From an uncultured Thermoleophilia bacterium (GTDB lineage Bacteria > Actinomycetota > Thermoleophilia > UBA2241): 64,000 nt of DNA. Each line of letters starts with the position of its first letter. Position 1 is the stretch's first letter. Location of the stretch: the NCBI GenBank assembly GCA_963705205.1, contig CAVPJG010000005.1, positions 349,237 to 413,236 of the forward strand, in the 5' to 3' direction. The notes below the pieces were generated by a model that did not search any database, was not told the DNA's origin, and saw only the letters and a program-made list of their open reading frames with translations. Both the position numbers and the translations under genes were made by a program. Positions 39,286 through 49,329 of this stretch are shown piece by piece.

Positions 39286-40271
39286 ATAGCCGCCGCAGAA
39301 AAGCCGTCGAAGCCGGGCTTTCGAGCGGGGCGGCGGAGCAGCACCGCTCATTGGCTATCGAGCGGGGCGCCGAAGGGACACCGCTCCACAGCCGCCGTCT
39401 CGGGACCGTCCTGACCGCCATGGTGACGCCGTTCGACGCCGCCGGGGCGGTGGACCACGACAAGCTCGCCGCGCTCGCCGAGTTCCTGCTCGCCCACGGC
39501 TCGGACGGACTGGTGGTCGCTGGTACCACCGGCGAGTCGCCGACGCTGGACGACGAGGAGAAGCTGGCGATGTTCCGCACCGTCGTCGCCGCGGTGGACG
39601 GGCGCGCCTCCGTCATCGCCGGTACAGGGTCCAACGACACCCGGCACAGCGTGGAGCTCACGCGCGGTGCCGAGGCCTGCGGCGTGGACGGCGTGCTGGC
39701 GGTCGTTCCCTACTACAACAAGCCGCCGGAGCGTGGCGTGATCGCGCACTTCCGCGCCGTCGCCGCGGCGACGAGCCTTCCGGTGATCGTCTATAACATC
39801 CCGGGGCGCTGCGTCATCAACGTCACGCCGGAGGCGCTGGCCGAGCTCGGCAGCGTCGACAACATCGCCGCCGTCAAGCAGGCGAACCCCGACCTGGCGG
39901 AGACCGACCGGCTCATGGAGATCAGCGACCTGGCGGTGTACGCCGGCAACGACGACATGCTCTACGACGTCATGGCGCGCGGCGGGGCCGGCGGCATCTG
40001 CGTGGCGAGCCACGTGGTCGGGCCGCGAATGGCCGAGGTCGCCCGGCTCTGCCGGGAGGGCGACCTCGAGGCCGCCGCCGCCGAGGACGCCGCCCTGCAC
40101 GGGCTCTACAAGGCGTTGTTCGTCACCGCCAACCCCATCCCGGTCAAGGCGGCGCTCAACCTGCTCGGGCACGAGGTCGGAGGCTTGCGTCTCCCGCTCG
40201 TGCCCGCCACACCCGAAGAAGAAGCCGTGGTGGCCGCAGAGCTCAGGCGGCTCGGTCTCACCGACGCCTGA
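39282..40271 (+). CDS. dapA: 4-hydroxy-tetrahydrodipicolinate synthase
   Basis: GTG 39282 (GTGA overlap with dapB, AAGGAGGA RBS). Motifs TAMVTPF, GTTGESPTL, YNIPGR. About 35 extra N-terminal residues if this start is used. Confidence 0.85.
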   Translation: MNSRRRKAVEAGLSSGAAEQHRSLAIERGAEGTPLHSRRLGTVLTAMVTPFDAAGAVDHDKLAALAEFLLAHGSDGLVVAGTTGESPTLDDEEKLAMFRTVVAAVDGRASVIAGTGSNDTRHSVELTRGAEACGVDGVLAVVPYYNKPPERGVIAHFRAVAAATSLPVIVYNIPGRCVINVTPEALAELGSVDNIAAVKQANPDLAETDRLMEISDLAVYAGNDDMLYDVMARGGAGGICVASHVVGPRMAEVARLCREGDLEAAAAEDAALHGLYKALFVTANPIPVKAALNLLGHEVGGLRLPLVPATPEEEAVVAAELRRLGLTDA

Positions 40272-40316
40272 GCCCCGCGGCCACCCGCGACACGAACACA
40301 GAGAGAAGGCACCACC

Positions 40317-41981
40317 ATGAGTGAAGACGCCGTACGCATCATCCCCCTCGGGGGACTCGGCGAGATCGGCAAGAACATGACGGCGGTCGAGTACCGCGGC
40401 AAGATCGTGGTGCTCGACTGCGGCGTCGAGTTCCCCAGCGAGGACATGCTCGGCATCGACCTCGTGCTCCCCGACATCCGGTGGCTGGTCGAGCGCGAGG
40501 CCGACGTGCTCGCCTTCGTGATCACACACGGCCACGAGGATCATCAGGGGGCGCTGCCGTTCGTGCTCCGGCGGTTGAACCGGCCGGTCTACGGCAGCCG
40601 CTTCACGCTCGCGCTCATCAAGTCCAAGCTCGAGGAGCACGGCCTGCTCAAGAGCGTCGAGCTGACCGAGGTCAGCGACAAGTCGCGCCTGCAGCTTGGG
40701 CCGTTCGACCTGTCCTTCATCGCCACCAGCCACAGCATCCCCGACTCGCTGTCGATCGTGCTCGGCACCGATCTCGGCGCGGTGGTGCTCACCGGCGACT
40801 ACCGTTTCGACCACACGCCGATCGACGGCCGCGTCACCGACGTGGACGCCTTCGCCCGGCTCGGTGAGAGGGGAGTCCTGGCATTGCTCGGCGATTCGAC
40901 CAACGCCGAGGCTCCGGGCTCGACTGCCTCGGAGAGCACCGTCAGCAACGCCTTTCACCAGATCTTCGCCGAGGCCGAGGGCCGCGTGATCGTGGCCAGC
41001 TTCGCGTCCCACATCCACCGCATCCAGCAGGCGATCACCATCGCCCACTTGCACGGCCGCAAGTTCGCGCTCTCCGGACGTTCCATGGTCAAGAACGCCA
41101 ACATCGCCCGCAACCTCGGCTACCTCAAGGTGCCCGAGGGCGCGATGATCAAGCTCACGCAGATCGACGAATACCGGCCCGAGGAGATCCTGATCCTCTC
41201 GACCGGCAGCCAGGGCGAGCCGCTCTCGGCGCTCACGCGCATGGCGTTCAACGACCACCCCCAGGTCGAGTTGCACGAAGGAGACACCGTCGTCATCTCC
41301 GCCAAGGCGATCCCCGGGAACGAGCGCAGCGTGACCGCCACTATCGACCGCCTTCTCAAGGTCGGCGCCACCGTGGTCTACGGCGAGCGCAGCGGCATCC
41401 ACGTGAGCGGCCACGCCGCCCAGGAAGACCTCAAGATGATGCTGAACCTCACGCGACCCCGGTTCCTCGTCCCCGTCCACGGCGAGTACCGCATGCAGCA
41501 CCTCCACGCCGAGCTGGCCCGCCAGTCGGGCATGTCCGACGAGGACATCTTCATCCTCGAGAACGGTGACGTGCTCGAGCTGGAAGCCGACAACGGCGAG
41601 ATCGTCGGCAAGGTCGCGACAGGCATGGTGTTCGTCGACGGCTCCGAGATCGGCGATCCCGAAGGTCTCGTGCTGCGCGACCGCCAGCAGCTGGCCGGCG
41701 ACGGCATCCTCATCGCCGTGGTCACGGTGGACGGCCAGACCGGCGACTCGGTGGCCGCGCCCGAGCTCGTCGCACGAGGTTTCCTCCACGACGACGCGCG
41801 TCTCCAGGACGTCCTCGACGAGTGCGGAGAGGCCCTGGACGCGCTCCTGGACGAGCTCGGCGCCGAACACGTGACCGGCCAGCACCTCATCCGCGAGGAC
41901 ATCACCCAGCGCCTGTCCGAGCTCGTCTTCCGGCGCACCAAGAGCCGGCCTCTCATCATGCCCATCGTCGTCGAGGTCTGA
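40317..41981 (+). CDS. rnj: Ribonuclease J
   Basis: 554-aa ORF. Metallo-beta-lactamase HGHEDH motif, beta-CASP region and C-terminal domain. Confidence 0.9.
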   Translation: MSEDAVRIIPLGGLGEIGKNMTAVEYRGKIVVLDCGVEFPSEDMLGIDLVLPDIRWLVEREADVLAFVITHGHEDHQGALPFVLRRLNRPVYGSRFTLALIKSKLEEHGLLKSVELTEVSDKSRLQLGPFDLSFIATSHSIPDSLSIVLGTDLGAVVLTGDYRFDHTPIDGRVTDVDAFARLGERGVLALLGDSTNAEAPGSTASESTVSNAFHQIFAEAEGRVIVASFASHIHRIQQAITIAHLHGRKFALSGRSMVKNANIARNLGYLKVPEGAMIKLTQIDEYRPEEILILSTGSQGEPLSALTRMAFNDHPQVELHEGDTVVISAKAIPGNERSVTATIDRLLKVGATVVYGERSGIHVSGHAAQEDLKMMLNLTRPRFLVPVHGEYRMQHLHAELARQSGMSDEDIFILENGDVLELEADNGEIVGKVATGMVFVDGSEIGDPEGLVLRDRQQLAGDGILIAVVTVDGQTGDSVAAPELVARGFLHDDARLQDVLDECGEALDALLDELGAEHVTGQHLIREDITQRLSELVFRRTKSRPLIMPIVVEV

Positions 41982-42040
41982 GGGCGGGGAGGGGCGCGCG
42001 GCAACCTAGGGTTTCCCCGCCGCGCGTCGAACACAGCCCC

Positions 42041-44566
42041 ATGGCGACTGCACGCCCGAAACAGGCACGCCGGCGCGCGGCCGCCGCGGCGCGGACGGCG
42101 CCGCGCGGCGCCGCGGCGGCCTCCAGAGCCAAGTCCAAGCCCCCGGCCTCCCGGCATCGCCGGGAGCTCGGAGCCATCGCCTGCCTCGCCGTCGCCGTCT
42201 TTCTCGCCTTTGTGCTCTATCTGGGATGGGACGGAGGCTCGCTCGGCCGCTGGCTGGGCGACGCCGCCCGCTGGCTGGTCGGCATCCTCGCCTTCGCTCT
42301 GCCGTTCCTCCTCGGGTTCGTGGCCTACCTCCTCGTGGTCAAGGAGGAGAGCCGCCCGCGGCGAGGGCTCAGTTGGGGCGTCGCACTGATCGTCACCGGG
42401 GTGGCGCTCGCCGCGGCGGCCGACGCCTTCGGCATCTTCGGCGGCGAGCGCGGCGACGCGCTCTTCCGCGACGCGTATATGAGCGCCCACGGCGGCATCC
42501 TCGGCGAGGTGCAGTGGGCGGTCCTCAGCCCGTTCGTCGGCCGCCTGGGCGTCGACGTCCTCGTGGTCGCCCTCATCCTCGCCGGCGTGCTGCTGGTGAC
42601 GGGCTCGTCCCTGCGGCAGTGGGCGACGCACTCGAAGCAGGGCGTAGCCAAAGCCGGGAGGGCGGCGCGCAGCCAGGCCGAAGCACTGGGCGCGCGCCGC
42701 AAGGAGGCGTCCGACACCCGCGTCGTGGAGCTGGACGAGGCGCAGACCATCGACGCCGGCGACCTCATGCGCACCTCCGTCCGGCCGGCGGTGACGCCCG
42801 AACTCGACTTCTCGCGCCCCGTCCCCGCTGCGGGGCCGCACCTCATCGACGGCGCCGCGGAGGCGCCGGAGATCTTCGGCGAGCCCGCGCCGCCCGACGA
42901 GCACGAGCCGGAGCCGGTCGTGGCGGCGGAGGACGGCGTGCAGCTCTCGCTCGCCGCGGCCGCCGCCGGGCAGGCGGAGAAGGGCGCAGCCGGAGGAGCC
43001 GACGTGGCGCTGGCGTTCGGCGCGGCGGAGCGGCGTCAGTGGACGCTGCCCGACCCGGCCCTCCTGCGCCGTCTGGCGCAGGGGCACGGTGAGTCTCCGG
43101 ACGCCGTCGCCCGCGTCTCCGAGCGGCTGGTCGCGACGCTGGGCAGCTTCAACATCCCCGCCCAAGTGATCGGCACGGTCTCGGGACCGCGCGTCACCCG
43201 CTACGAGCTGCAGCTGGAGCCCGGCATCAAGGTGAGCAAGGTGGCCGGGCTCAAGGACGACCTCAAGTACGCGCTGGCGGCGACCGACGTACGCGTCCTG
43301 GCGCCGATCCCCGGCAAGACGGCCGTCGGCGTCGAGGTGCCGAACCAGCAGGCGAACTACGTTTCGCTGGGCGACATCCACGGCCTGTTCCCGCAGCACG
43401 CCTCGCCGATGGCCTTCTGGCTGGGCAAGGACGTCACCGGCAAGGCCGTCCTCGCCGACCTCGTGCGCATGGTGCACCTGCTCATCGCCGGCACCACCGG
43501 CTCGGGCAAGAGCGGCTGCCTCAACGCGCTCATCACCTCCATCCTGCTGCGGGCCACGCCCGACGAGGTGCGCATGATCATGATCGACCCCAAGAAGGTC
43601 GAGCTGAGCAACTTCAACGGCGTTCCGCACCTGCTGGCGCCGGTGGTCACGAACATGAAGCAGGCCACCTACGTGCTCGACAACATCTGCCGCGAGATGG
43701 ACCGGCGCTACGACGTGCTCTCGCGCAACGGCTGCCAGGACATCCGCGCGCTCAACAAGAAGCTGGTGCGTGCGGGCGAGGACCCCATGCCGTACACGAT
43801 GGTGATCATCGACGAGCTGGCCGACCTCATGATGGTGGCCCCCTCTGAGGTCGAGGACTCCGTGATCCGCCTCGGTCAGCTCGGCCGCAGCTGCGGCATC
43901 CACCTCGTGGTGGCCACACAACGCCCGTCGGTCGACGTGGTCACCGGCATGATCAAGACCAACATCCCCTCGCGCATCGCCTTCGCCGTGAGCTCGCAGA
44001 CCGACTCCCGCATCATCCTCGACCAGGGCGGCGCGGAGAGCCTCCTCGGCATGGGCGACATGTTGTTCAGCCCCATGGGGAGCAGCAGGCTGCTGCGCGT
44101 CCAGGGCGCCCTGATCACGAGCGCCGAGATGAAGCTCGTCACCGAGCACTGGAAGCGCCAGGCCAAGCCCGACTACCACGAGGAGCTCCTCGAGAACCCG
44201 GCCGGCCCCGACGCCGAGCAGCAGGCGCAGTCCGCCGGCGGCGACGAGCTGCTCGGGGAGGCGATCAAGACCGTGGTCAACACGGGCGCGGCGAGCGTGG
44301 CCCTTCTGCAGCGGCGCCTGCGCGTGGGCTACGCGCGCGCCGGCCGTCTCATCGACATCATGGAGGAGATGGGCATCATCTCCGGGTACGACGGCAGCAA
44401 GGCGCGCGCGGTGCTCATCGACGAGGCGGGTCTGCCGATGGCGCTCGCCCGCCTCAGCGGCGACGTCGTGGACGACCCTGAGACGGACGCCGGCACGCCC
44501 GAGACCGCGGCTCCGGCGCCGGAGGTGCCGCCACTGGCGGCCGAGCCGGCGCCGACCGAGCTCTGA
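42041..44566 (+). CDS. ftsK: DNA translocase FtsK
   Basis: ATG 42041 is in frame with ORF 41822..44566. N-terminal TM segments, long linker, motor domain GTTGSGKS and winged-helix gamma domain. 841 aa. Confidence 0.9.
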   Translation: MATARPKQARRRAAAAARTAPRGAAAASRAKSKPPASRHRRELGAIACLAVAVFLAFVLYLGWDGGSLGRWLGDAARWLVGILAFALPFLLGFVAYLLVVKEESRPRRGLSWGVALIVTGVALAAAADAFGIFGGERGDALFRDAYMSAHGGILGEVQWAVLSPFVGRLGVDVLVVALILAGVLLVTGSSLRQWATHSKQGVAKAGRAARSQAEALGARRKEASDTRVVELDEAQTIDAGDLMRTSVRPAVTPELDFSRPVPAAGPHLIDGAAEAPEIFGEPAPPDEHEPEPVVAAEDGVQLSLAAAAAGQAEKGAAGGADVALAFGAAERRQWTLPDPALLRRLAQGHGESPDAVARVSERLVATLGSFNIPAQVIGTVSGPRVTRYELQLEPGIKVSKVAGLKDDLKYALAATDVRVLAPIPGKTAVGVEVPNQQANYVSLGDIHGLFPQHASPMAFWLGKDVTGKAVLADLVRMVHLLIAGTTGSGKSGCLNALITSILLRATPDEVRMIMIDPKKVELSNFNGVPHLLAPVVTNMKQATYVLDNICREMDRRYDVLSRNGCQDIRALNKKLVRAGEDPMPYTMVIIDELADLMMVAPSEVEDSVIRLGQLGRSCGIHLVVATQRPSVDVVTGMIKTNIPSRIAFAVSSQTDSRIILDQGGAESLLGMGDMLFSPMGSSRLLRVQGALITSAEMKLVTEHWKRQAKPDYHEELLENPAGPDAEQQAQSAGGDELLGEAIKTVVNTGAASVALLQRRLRVGYARAGRLIDIMEEMGIISGYDGSKARAVLIDEAGLPMALARLSGDVVDDPETDAGTPETAAPAPEVPPLAAEPAPTEL

Positions 44567-44590
44567 GTCCCGCGCAGCCTCGGAGTTCGT

Positions 44591-44619
44591 TTGTCATCCC
44601 AGCACCCGGTTACTAGACT
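44591..44619 (+). promoter_or_regulatory. Putative promoter upstream of the rodZ-like gene
   Basis: TTGTCA (44591-44596), 17-nt spacer, TAGACT (44614-44619). Confidence 0.45.
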
Positions 44620-44681
44620 GTACGTTCGGGTGACCGCCGCGACCGGATCCCCAGCGGCGAGCGAGGAGAACGGCATCCACC

Positions 44682-45446
44682 GTGTTTGAGATCGGCACCA
44701 CGCTGCGCGAGGCCCGCGTCCGCCGTGCTCTCACGCTGCAGCAGGTCGAGGAAGACATCAAGATCCGGGTCAAGTACGTCCAGGCCATGGAGAACGAGGA
44801 CTGGGACGTCATGCCCGGCGTCACCTACGTCAAGGGCTTCCTGCGCACGTACTCCACCTATCTCGGCCTCGACCCGGAGGTCATCATCGGCGAGTTCCGC
44901 TCCCGCGCGATCGCGCCGTCCGCCGAGCACCACGAGCCATTCAGCGGCTCGTCGGTCATCGGCAAGCCGCACAGTCACCGCGGCCGCAACACCGTCGTGG
45001 TCGTCGCCGTGCTCTGCCTCATCGCCCTCGCGGTCATCTACACACTCGGCTTGATGAGCGGCGGCGACGGCGGCGACGAGCCCACCACGACGCCCGGCGC
45101 ACTCGGCGTCGTCAGCCCGTCGCCGTCGCCGAGCGCCTCGGTCAAGCCGAAGCCGAGCGCGACCGGGGTACCCGCCTGGCAGAAGGACCTCGTCAAGATC
45201 GAGGCCGTGGACGGAGACTGCTGGATGGAGGTCAGGCGCAACAACAGCACCGGCGTCGTGCTGTTCTCGGGTACGCTCAACAAGGGCGACATCGAGAAGT
45301 TCAAGGGCAAGGACATCTGGATGAGCCTCGGCGCGCCCGCCAACGTGGAACTCGTGGCCGCCGGCACGAAGGCCAAGCTGGAGAGCGACGTCGGCCCATG
45401 GACGGTCGAGGTCATCCAGGGGCGCGTGGTCCAGGGCCCGGACTAA
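44682..45446 (+). CDS. RodZ-like HTH (XRE) membrane protein with DUF4115-type C-terminal domain
   Basis: 254-aa ORF. N-terminal HTH (LREARVRRALTLQQVEEDIKIRVKYVQAME), one TM segment, Ser/Pro linker and a beta-rich C-domain. Confidence 0.75.
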   Translation: MFEIGTTLREARVRRALTLQQVEEDIKIRVKYVQAMENEDWDVMPGVTYVKGFLRTYSTYLGLDPEVIIGEFRSRAIAPSAEHHEPFSGSSVIGKPHSHRGRNTVVVVAVLCLIALAVIYTLGLMSGGDGGDEPTTTPGALGVVSPSPSPSASVKPKPSATGVPAWQKDLVKIEAVDGDCWMEVRRNNSTGVVLFSGTLNKGDIEKFKGKDIWMSLGAPANVELVAAGTKAKLESDVGPWTVEVIQGRVVQGPD

Positions 45447-45672
45447 TGCCCGTAGAGTCACGGAGTGTACGGAGCGCTATTGAGCGCGCCGCCGGCCCGA
45501 AGGCGCCGCGGCGGACGGACTGATGTCCGTAGAGTCACGGAGTGTACGGAGCGCTATTGAGCGGCCGCCGGCCCGAATGGCCACGCGGCGGACAATGATG
45601 CACGCAGAGCCCGGAAGAGCACGGAGCACCATCGAGCGCGCCGCCGGACGCGAGTCCCAAGGCGGGGCGGAC
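45441..45672 (+). repeat. Tandem array of family A ~73-77 nt repeat units (site 2; two intact units and one decayed)
   Basis: ACTAATGCC leader (contains the upstream TAA stop). Units start with CGTAGAG at 45451 and 45528, and a degenerate third unit spans 45601-45672. Near-identical to the units at 8180-8396. Confidence 0.85.
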
Positions 45673-45687
45673 ACGCAGGGGTAGCAC

Positions 45688-46179
45688 ATGGCCAAGGAAT
45701 TCTCGTTCGACGTGGTCTCCAGGGCGGATCTCAACGAGGTGCGCAACGCCGTGAACATGGCGCAGAAGGAGATCGCAACGCGCTACGACTTCAAGAAGAG
45801 CGTGAGCTCGGTGACGCTGGAGGGCGAGGCGCTCGTGCTCGTCTCCGACAACGACGGCAAGCTCAGGCAGGTCATCGACGTGCTCGAGGAGAAGCTCGTG
45901 CGCCGCAAGGTGCCGCTCAAGGCCGTGCAGTACGGCAAGGTCGAGGAGGCCCTCGGCGGCACCGTCCGGCAGCGCGCCCCCATCGCCCAGGGCATCCCCG
46001 ACGAGAAGGCCAAGGCGATGAACAAGCTGCTCCGCCAGCGCTTCAAGAAGGTCAAGGTCCAGATCCAGGGCGACACCGTGCGCGTGTTCTCGGCGAGCAA
46101 GGATGAGCTGCAGGCGGCCATGGGCGCCCTGCGCGACGAGGATTGGGGCATCCCGGTCCAGTTCGTCAACTACCGCTGA
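45688..46179 (+). CDS. yajQ: YajQ-family (UPF0234) nucleotide-binding protein
   Basis: 163-aa ORF. MAKEFSFDVVS..NAVNMAQKEIATRYDFK is typical of YajQ. Confidence 0.85.
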   Translation: MAKEFSFDVVSRADLNEVRNAVNMAQKEIATRYDFKKSVSSVTLEGEALVLVSDNDGKLRQVIDVLEEKLVRRKVPLKAVQYGKVEEALGGTVRQRAPIAQGIPDEKAKAMNKLLRQRFKKVKVQIQGDTVRVFSASKDELQAAMGALRDEDWGIPVQFVNYR

Positions 46180-47492
46180 GGCCCGCCACGGGCAGCTCGT
46201 TCTTCATCCAGACCCTCGGCTGCCCGAAGAACGAGGCCGACTCCGACGCGCTCGAGGCGCGGCTCCGCGCGGCGGGGCACCGCCCGGCGGCGGCCGGCCG
46301 TGCCGACGTCCTCGTCGTCAACACGTGCGGCTTCATCGACGCCGCCAAGGAGGAGTCGATCGAGGCAATCCTCGACGCCTCCGAGGCCGCCCACGCCCGC
46401 GGCGCGCGAGTGGCGGCCGTCGGCTGCCTCGTGGAGCGCTACCGCGAAGAGCTCGCCGCCGAGATCCCCGAGGTGGACCTGTGGTGCGGCCTGGACACGG
46501 CGCCGCTCCTGGCCGCGCTCGCCGCCGGCGGCGAAGCAGCCGGGGCGCCCGGTGGGGCCGGCGTGGCGCTGCCCGTCCCGCGCCGGCCGCGCCCGGTCAG
46601 CGCCTACGTCAAGGTCTCGGACGGCTGCGACCGGCGCTGTTCCTTCTGCGCCATCCCGCTGATCAAGGGCGACTACGACACGGTCGCCGCCGGCGAGGTG
46701 CTGCGCGCGGCTCGGGCGGCCCTGGCCGCCGGCGCCCGCGAGCTGGTGCTCGTCGGTCAGGACACCTCGCGCTGGGCGCAGCCGGGGTGGGGCGGGATGA
46801 GCCGCCTGCTCGGCGAGCTGGCCGCGCTGGAGCCCGCTCCCGACTGGCTGCGCTTGCTCTACCTGCAGCCGGACGGCATCGACGACGCCCTTCTGGAGGC
46901 GATCGCGGAGCACGCCGTGCCCTACGTGGACGTCCCCCTCCAGCACGCCTCCGGCGCCGTCCTGCGCCGCATGCGGCGCTCCGGCGACGGCGCCGCCCAT
47001 CTGGCGCTCCTGGAGCGCGTTCGCGCCGTGCTGCCCGGGGCCGCCGTGCGCTCCACGTTCATCGCCGGGTTCCCGGGGGAGACCGACGCGGAGTTCGAAG
47101 AACTCGTGGGCTTCGTCCGCCAGGCGGGACTCGCCGTGGCCGGCGTGTTCGTCTACGACGAGCAGGAGGGCACGGCGGCGGCCGGCATGCCCGGCGCCGT
47201 GCCGCACCAGCTCGCCCTCGACCGTGCCGCCCGCCTCGGCGAGGTCATCGACCGCGAGGCGGAGCGCTTCTGGAGCTCGCTCGCCGGCCGCTCCGTCGAC
47301 GTGCTGGTGGAGCGCGGCTCCTCGCGAGGGGACATCCCCGCCGTCGGGCGCATCGCCCTGCAGGCGCCCGACGTCGACGGCCGCGCCCTGCTCCGCGGCC
47401 TCAGGGCGCGGCGCGGCACCCTTGTACCCGCCGTGGTCAGCGGCAGCCTCGGGTATGATGTGGAGGCCGTCGCCGCGACAGGGGGACCGTGA
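46143..47492 (+). CDS. rimO: Ribosomal protein S12 methylthiotransferase RimO
   Basis: 449-aa ORF. MTTase N-domain (TLGCPKNEADS), radical-SAM CDRRCSFC motif and TRAM C-domain. TTG start overlaps the yajQ end, so the start is uncertain. Confidence 0.85.
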   Translation: MGHPGPVRQLPLRPATGSSFFIQTLGCPKNEADSDALEARLRAAGHRPAAAGRADVLVVNTCGFIDAAKEESIEAILDASEAAHARGARVAAVGCLVERYREELAAEIPEVDLWCGLDTAPLLAALAAGGEAAGAPGGAGVALPVPRRPRPVSAYVKVSDGCDRRCSFCAIPLIKGDYDTVAAGEVLRAARAALAAGARELVLVGQDTSRWAQPGWGGMSRLLGELAALEPAPDWLRLLYLQPDGIDDALLEAIAEHAVPYVDVPLQHASGAVLRRMRRSGDGAAHLALLERVRAVLPGAAVRSTFIAGFPGETDAEFEELVGFVRQAGLAVAGVFVYDEQEGTAAAGMPGAVPHQLALDRAARLGEVIDREAERFWSSLAGRSVDVLVERGSSRGDIPAVGRIALQAPDVDGRALLRGLRARRGTLVPAVVSGSLGYDVEAVAATGGP

Positions 47493-48079
47493 GCAGCCAG
47501 CTCAACCTCGCCAACAGCATCACCATCGCACGGATCCTGCTCGTCCCGGTGTTCCTGGTGATCCTTCTCTCGGGCCTGCCGCAGCCCTACGGCGACCTCC
47601 TGGCGGCGGCCGTCTTCATCCTCGCCGCGGCCACCGACAAGCTCGACGGCTACGTGGCGCGGCGGAGCAAGCAGGTCACCACGCTCGGGCAGTTCCTCGA
47701 CCCTCTCGCCGACAAGCTGCTCATCGCCGCCGCGCTCATCGCCCTGGTGGCGCAGGACCGTGTGGCCGCGTGGGTCGCGATGGTCATCATCGGTCGGGAG
47801 ATCGCCGTGAGCGTGCTGCGCATCATCGGCGTCTCGCAGGGCGTCTCCATCCCCGCGGACAAGTACGGCAAGCTCAAGACCGTGTTGCAGATCGTGTACG
47901 TGGTGTACGTGCTCTTCCCGACGGCCGACATCGCGGAACTCATCCACGTCTCCACCGACGTGGCCGTGATCATCCAGTGGGTCCTGGCCGTCGTGGTCGT
48001 CGGCGTGACCCTGGCGAGCGGAGTGAACTACTTCAGGAACGCCCGGGGCCTCATCCGCATGCCCGGGACCAGCGGCTGA
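47489..48079 (+). CDS. pgsA: CDP-diacylglycerol-glycerol-3-phosphate 3-phosphatidyltransferase
   Basis: 196-aa ORF. GTGA overlap with rimO. CDP-alcohol motif DKLDGYVARR..G..LDPLADK. Confidence 0.9.
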   Translation: MSSQLNLANSITIARILLVPVFLVILLSGLPQPYGDLLAAAVFILAAATDKLDGYVARRSKQVTTLGQFLDPLADKLLIAAALIALVAQDRVAAWVAMVIIGREIAVSVLRIIGVSQGVSIPADKYGKLKTVLQIVYVVYVLFPTADIAELIHVSTDVAVIIQWVLAVVVVGVTLASGVNYFRNARGLIRMPGTSG

Positions 48080-49329
48080 TGCCTCCGGGAGCTCCGCGCG
48101 CGGCCGTGGTCCTCAGCGGCAACGAGCTGCTCGACGGACGCACGCGGGACACCAACGGCGCCTTCGTCTGCGACGACCTCAGCCGTCGCGGCGTCAAGGT
48201 GACGGAACTGCTGACGGTGGCGGACGACCGCGAGCGGCTCTCCGCCGCCTTCCGGCACGCGCTGGCAGGGGCCCCCGACCTTCTCGTGATCGGCGGCGGG
48301 CTGGGCACCACGCACGACGACCTCACCGCCGAGTGCCTCGCGGAGGTCCTGGGGGTCCCGCTGGAGGAGGACGCCGGCGCGCTCGCCTTCGTCGAGGAGC
48401 GCGCCCGCGCCGTCGCCGAACGGCGTCACCTCGACTTCCGGGACACCTTCGCGCTGGCGCGGCGGCAGGCGATACTGCCCGCCGGCTCCTCTGCCGTGCC
48501 GCCGGCCGGCGTCGCACCCGGCATCGCGGCGCACGCAGGGAAGACGCGCATCTTCGCCTATCCGGGCGTGCCCTACGAATTTCAACAGATGTGGCTCGGT
48601 ACCGCGGCGGCGCTCGAGCGGGACGGCTTCTTCCCGGACGTCGCGGTGCGGGTGGTCCGCGTGTTCGGGGTAGGTGAGCTGCAGGTCGGACCCGTCCTGG
48701 ACGCGCTGCCGCACGACCTCGTCGAGCTCGGCATCAACGTCGGCGGGGGAGAGGTGACCGTGCGCATCCGCCACCGGCGTGAGCCCGGTGGTCAGGCGCA
48801 GGCCGACGCGCTCGTGGCGGCGCTGGAGGCCGGGGTGCCGGTGTATTCGACCGACGGCCGCACCGTCGACGACCTCGTCGCCGGCGCCCTCCGCAGCCGG
48901 GGCATGACGGTCGCGGTGGCCGAGTCCTGCACCGGCGGGCTGCTCGGCTCACGCATCACCGCCAGGCCGGGCAGCTCGGACTACTTCCTCGGCGGCGTGA
49001 TCAGCTACGGCAACCAGGCGAAGATCGACCTGCTCGACGTGCCGCCCGGCGTGCTGGCGCGGCACGGTGCGGTCTCGGAGGAGGTGGCCGGCGCGATGGC
49101 CGCCGGTGCGCGCGCCCGGCTCGGCGCCGACTACGCGCTCTCCGTCACCGGCGTGGCCGGCCCGGACGGCGGCACGCCGGAGAAGCCGGTCGGCCTGGTC
49201 TACCTCGGGTGCGCCGGTCCTGGGGGCACGCAGGTGCGCCGCGGATCGTTCCCCGGCGACCGCGACAGCGTGCGCACGTTCAGCGTCACCTCCGCGCTGC
49301 ACCTGCTGCGCCGCGCGCTCTCGTCGTGA
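48079..49329 (+). CDS. cinA: Competence/damage-inducible protein CinA (MoCF-binding domain + PncC-like NMN amidohydrolase domain)
   Basis: ATG 48079 overlaps the pgsA stop by 1 nt. In frame with ORF 47224..49329. Contains AESCTGGLL. 416 aa. Confidence 0.85.
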   Translation: MPPGAPRAAVVLSGNELLDGRTRDTNGAFVCDDLSRRGVKVTELLTVADDRERLSAAFRHALAGAPDLLVIGGGLGTTHDDLTAECLAEVLGVPLEEDAGALAFVEERARAVAERRHLDFRDTFALARRQAILPAGSSAVPPAGVAPGIAAHAGKTRIFAYPGVPYEFQQMWLGTAAALERDGFFPDVAVRVVRVFGVGELQVGPVLDALPHDLVELGINVGGGEVTVRIRHRREPGGQAQADALVAALEAGVPVYSTDGRTVDDLVAGALRSRGMTVAVAESCTGGLLGSRITARPGSSDYFLGGVISYGNQAKIDLLDVPPGVLARHGAVSEEVAGAMAAGARARLGADYALSVTGVAGPDGGTPEKPVGLVYLGCAGPGGTQVRRGSFPGDRDSVRTFSVTSALHLLRRALSS

